From Neoechinorhynchus agilis (lineage: Eukaryota; Animalia; Acanthocephala): DNA of 64,000 bases. The translations under genes and the position numbers were made by a program. Of this stretch, positions 63,644 through 64,000 are shown one piece after another; within the stretch, counting starts at the first letter, position 1; each line of letters opens with the position of its first letter. The stretch is from positions 9,067,480 through 9,131,479 of the forward strand of contig CM121342.1 of the NCBI GenBank assembly GCA_051530055.1, read 5' to 3'. The notes under the pieces are model-generated. The model saw nothing but the letters and a program-made list of their open reading frames with translations. It searched no databases and was not told the origin of the DNA.

Positions 63644-64000
63644 TGAGCCCCGTTCTCACTTTGGTCTCGTAGGTTACTGTATTTAAGGATCCTAAAATCA
63701 TAAATAAAGTCAATAAATAAAAAACCGTTTTAAAAAACAATTTTTTCCATGTTTCGTAGAATAACTAGGTGACATTACTGCCATTCAAACATTTAAAAAT
63801 CATGCCGGCATCGAATTAATTCAGATTTTCGAAAAAGAGAACAAGGTTCACCTTTTAAGGAAAACTGCGAACAAACCCAACTTCTATAAATACTCATGAA
63901 TGGCCTTCGCAATGTCAACACCTCTTATTTATTTCGCACATTTTAGTACCACAAAAAAACGTTTTTTTCAGCTAAACATTTCGGTCACACTATTCAACTT

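Noticed and set aside
61020-64000. Telomeric or subtelomeric end
   Set aside because: No simple telomere repeat, and unique sequence resumes after ~63650.

Overview
Eukaryotic (animal) genomic DNA, AT-rich, with short canonical GT-AG introns (about 36-60 nt). The proteins look fast-evolving; the species cannot be named from sequence alone. Recognisable genes: GET3/ASNA1, RINT1, a degenerate ALDH-fold gene, transketolase, TRMT2A, PDPK1-like kinase, a SEPT6-group septin, RAD23 and Musashi, plus three unrecognised genes. Repeats include tandem arrays (about 145-155, 187 and 191 bp units), a ~1 kb foldback element built from ~205-bp units, several hairpin/MITE-like elements, and decayed RTE, CRE, L2/CR1-like, Penelope and Gypsy fragments. 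A Penelope-type hammerhead ribozyme and a twister-like motif are present. Main discovery: eight intervening sequences (45-1033 nt) interrupt coding regions. Most are bounded by TA...TA, and all have imperfect inverted repeats just inside both ends. In five known genes, removal leaving one TA restores the frame, and at four junctions (TKT insert 1, septin, TRMT2A, GET3) it restores conserved residues that canonical splicing cannot give. They are candidates for a transposon-derived non-canonical intron class or IES-like DNA-excised elements. All alignments and folds were done by eye; no searches were run.
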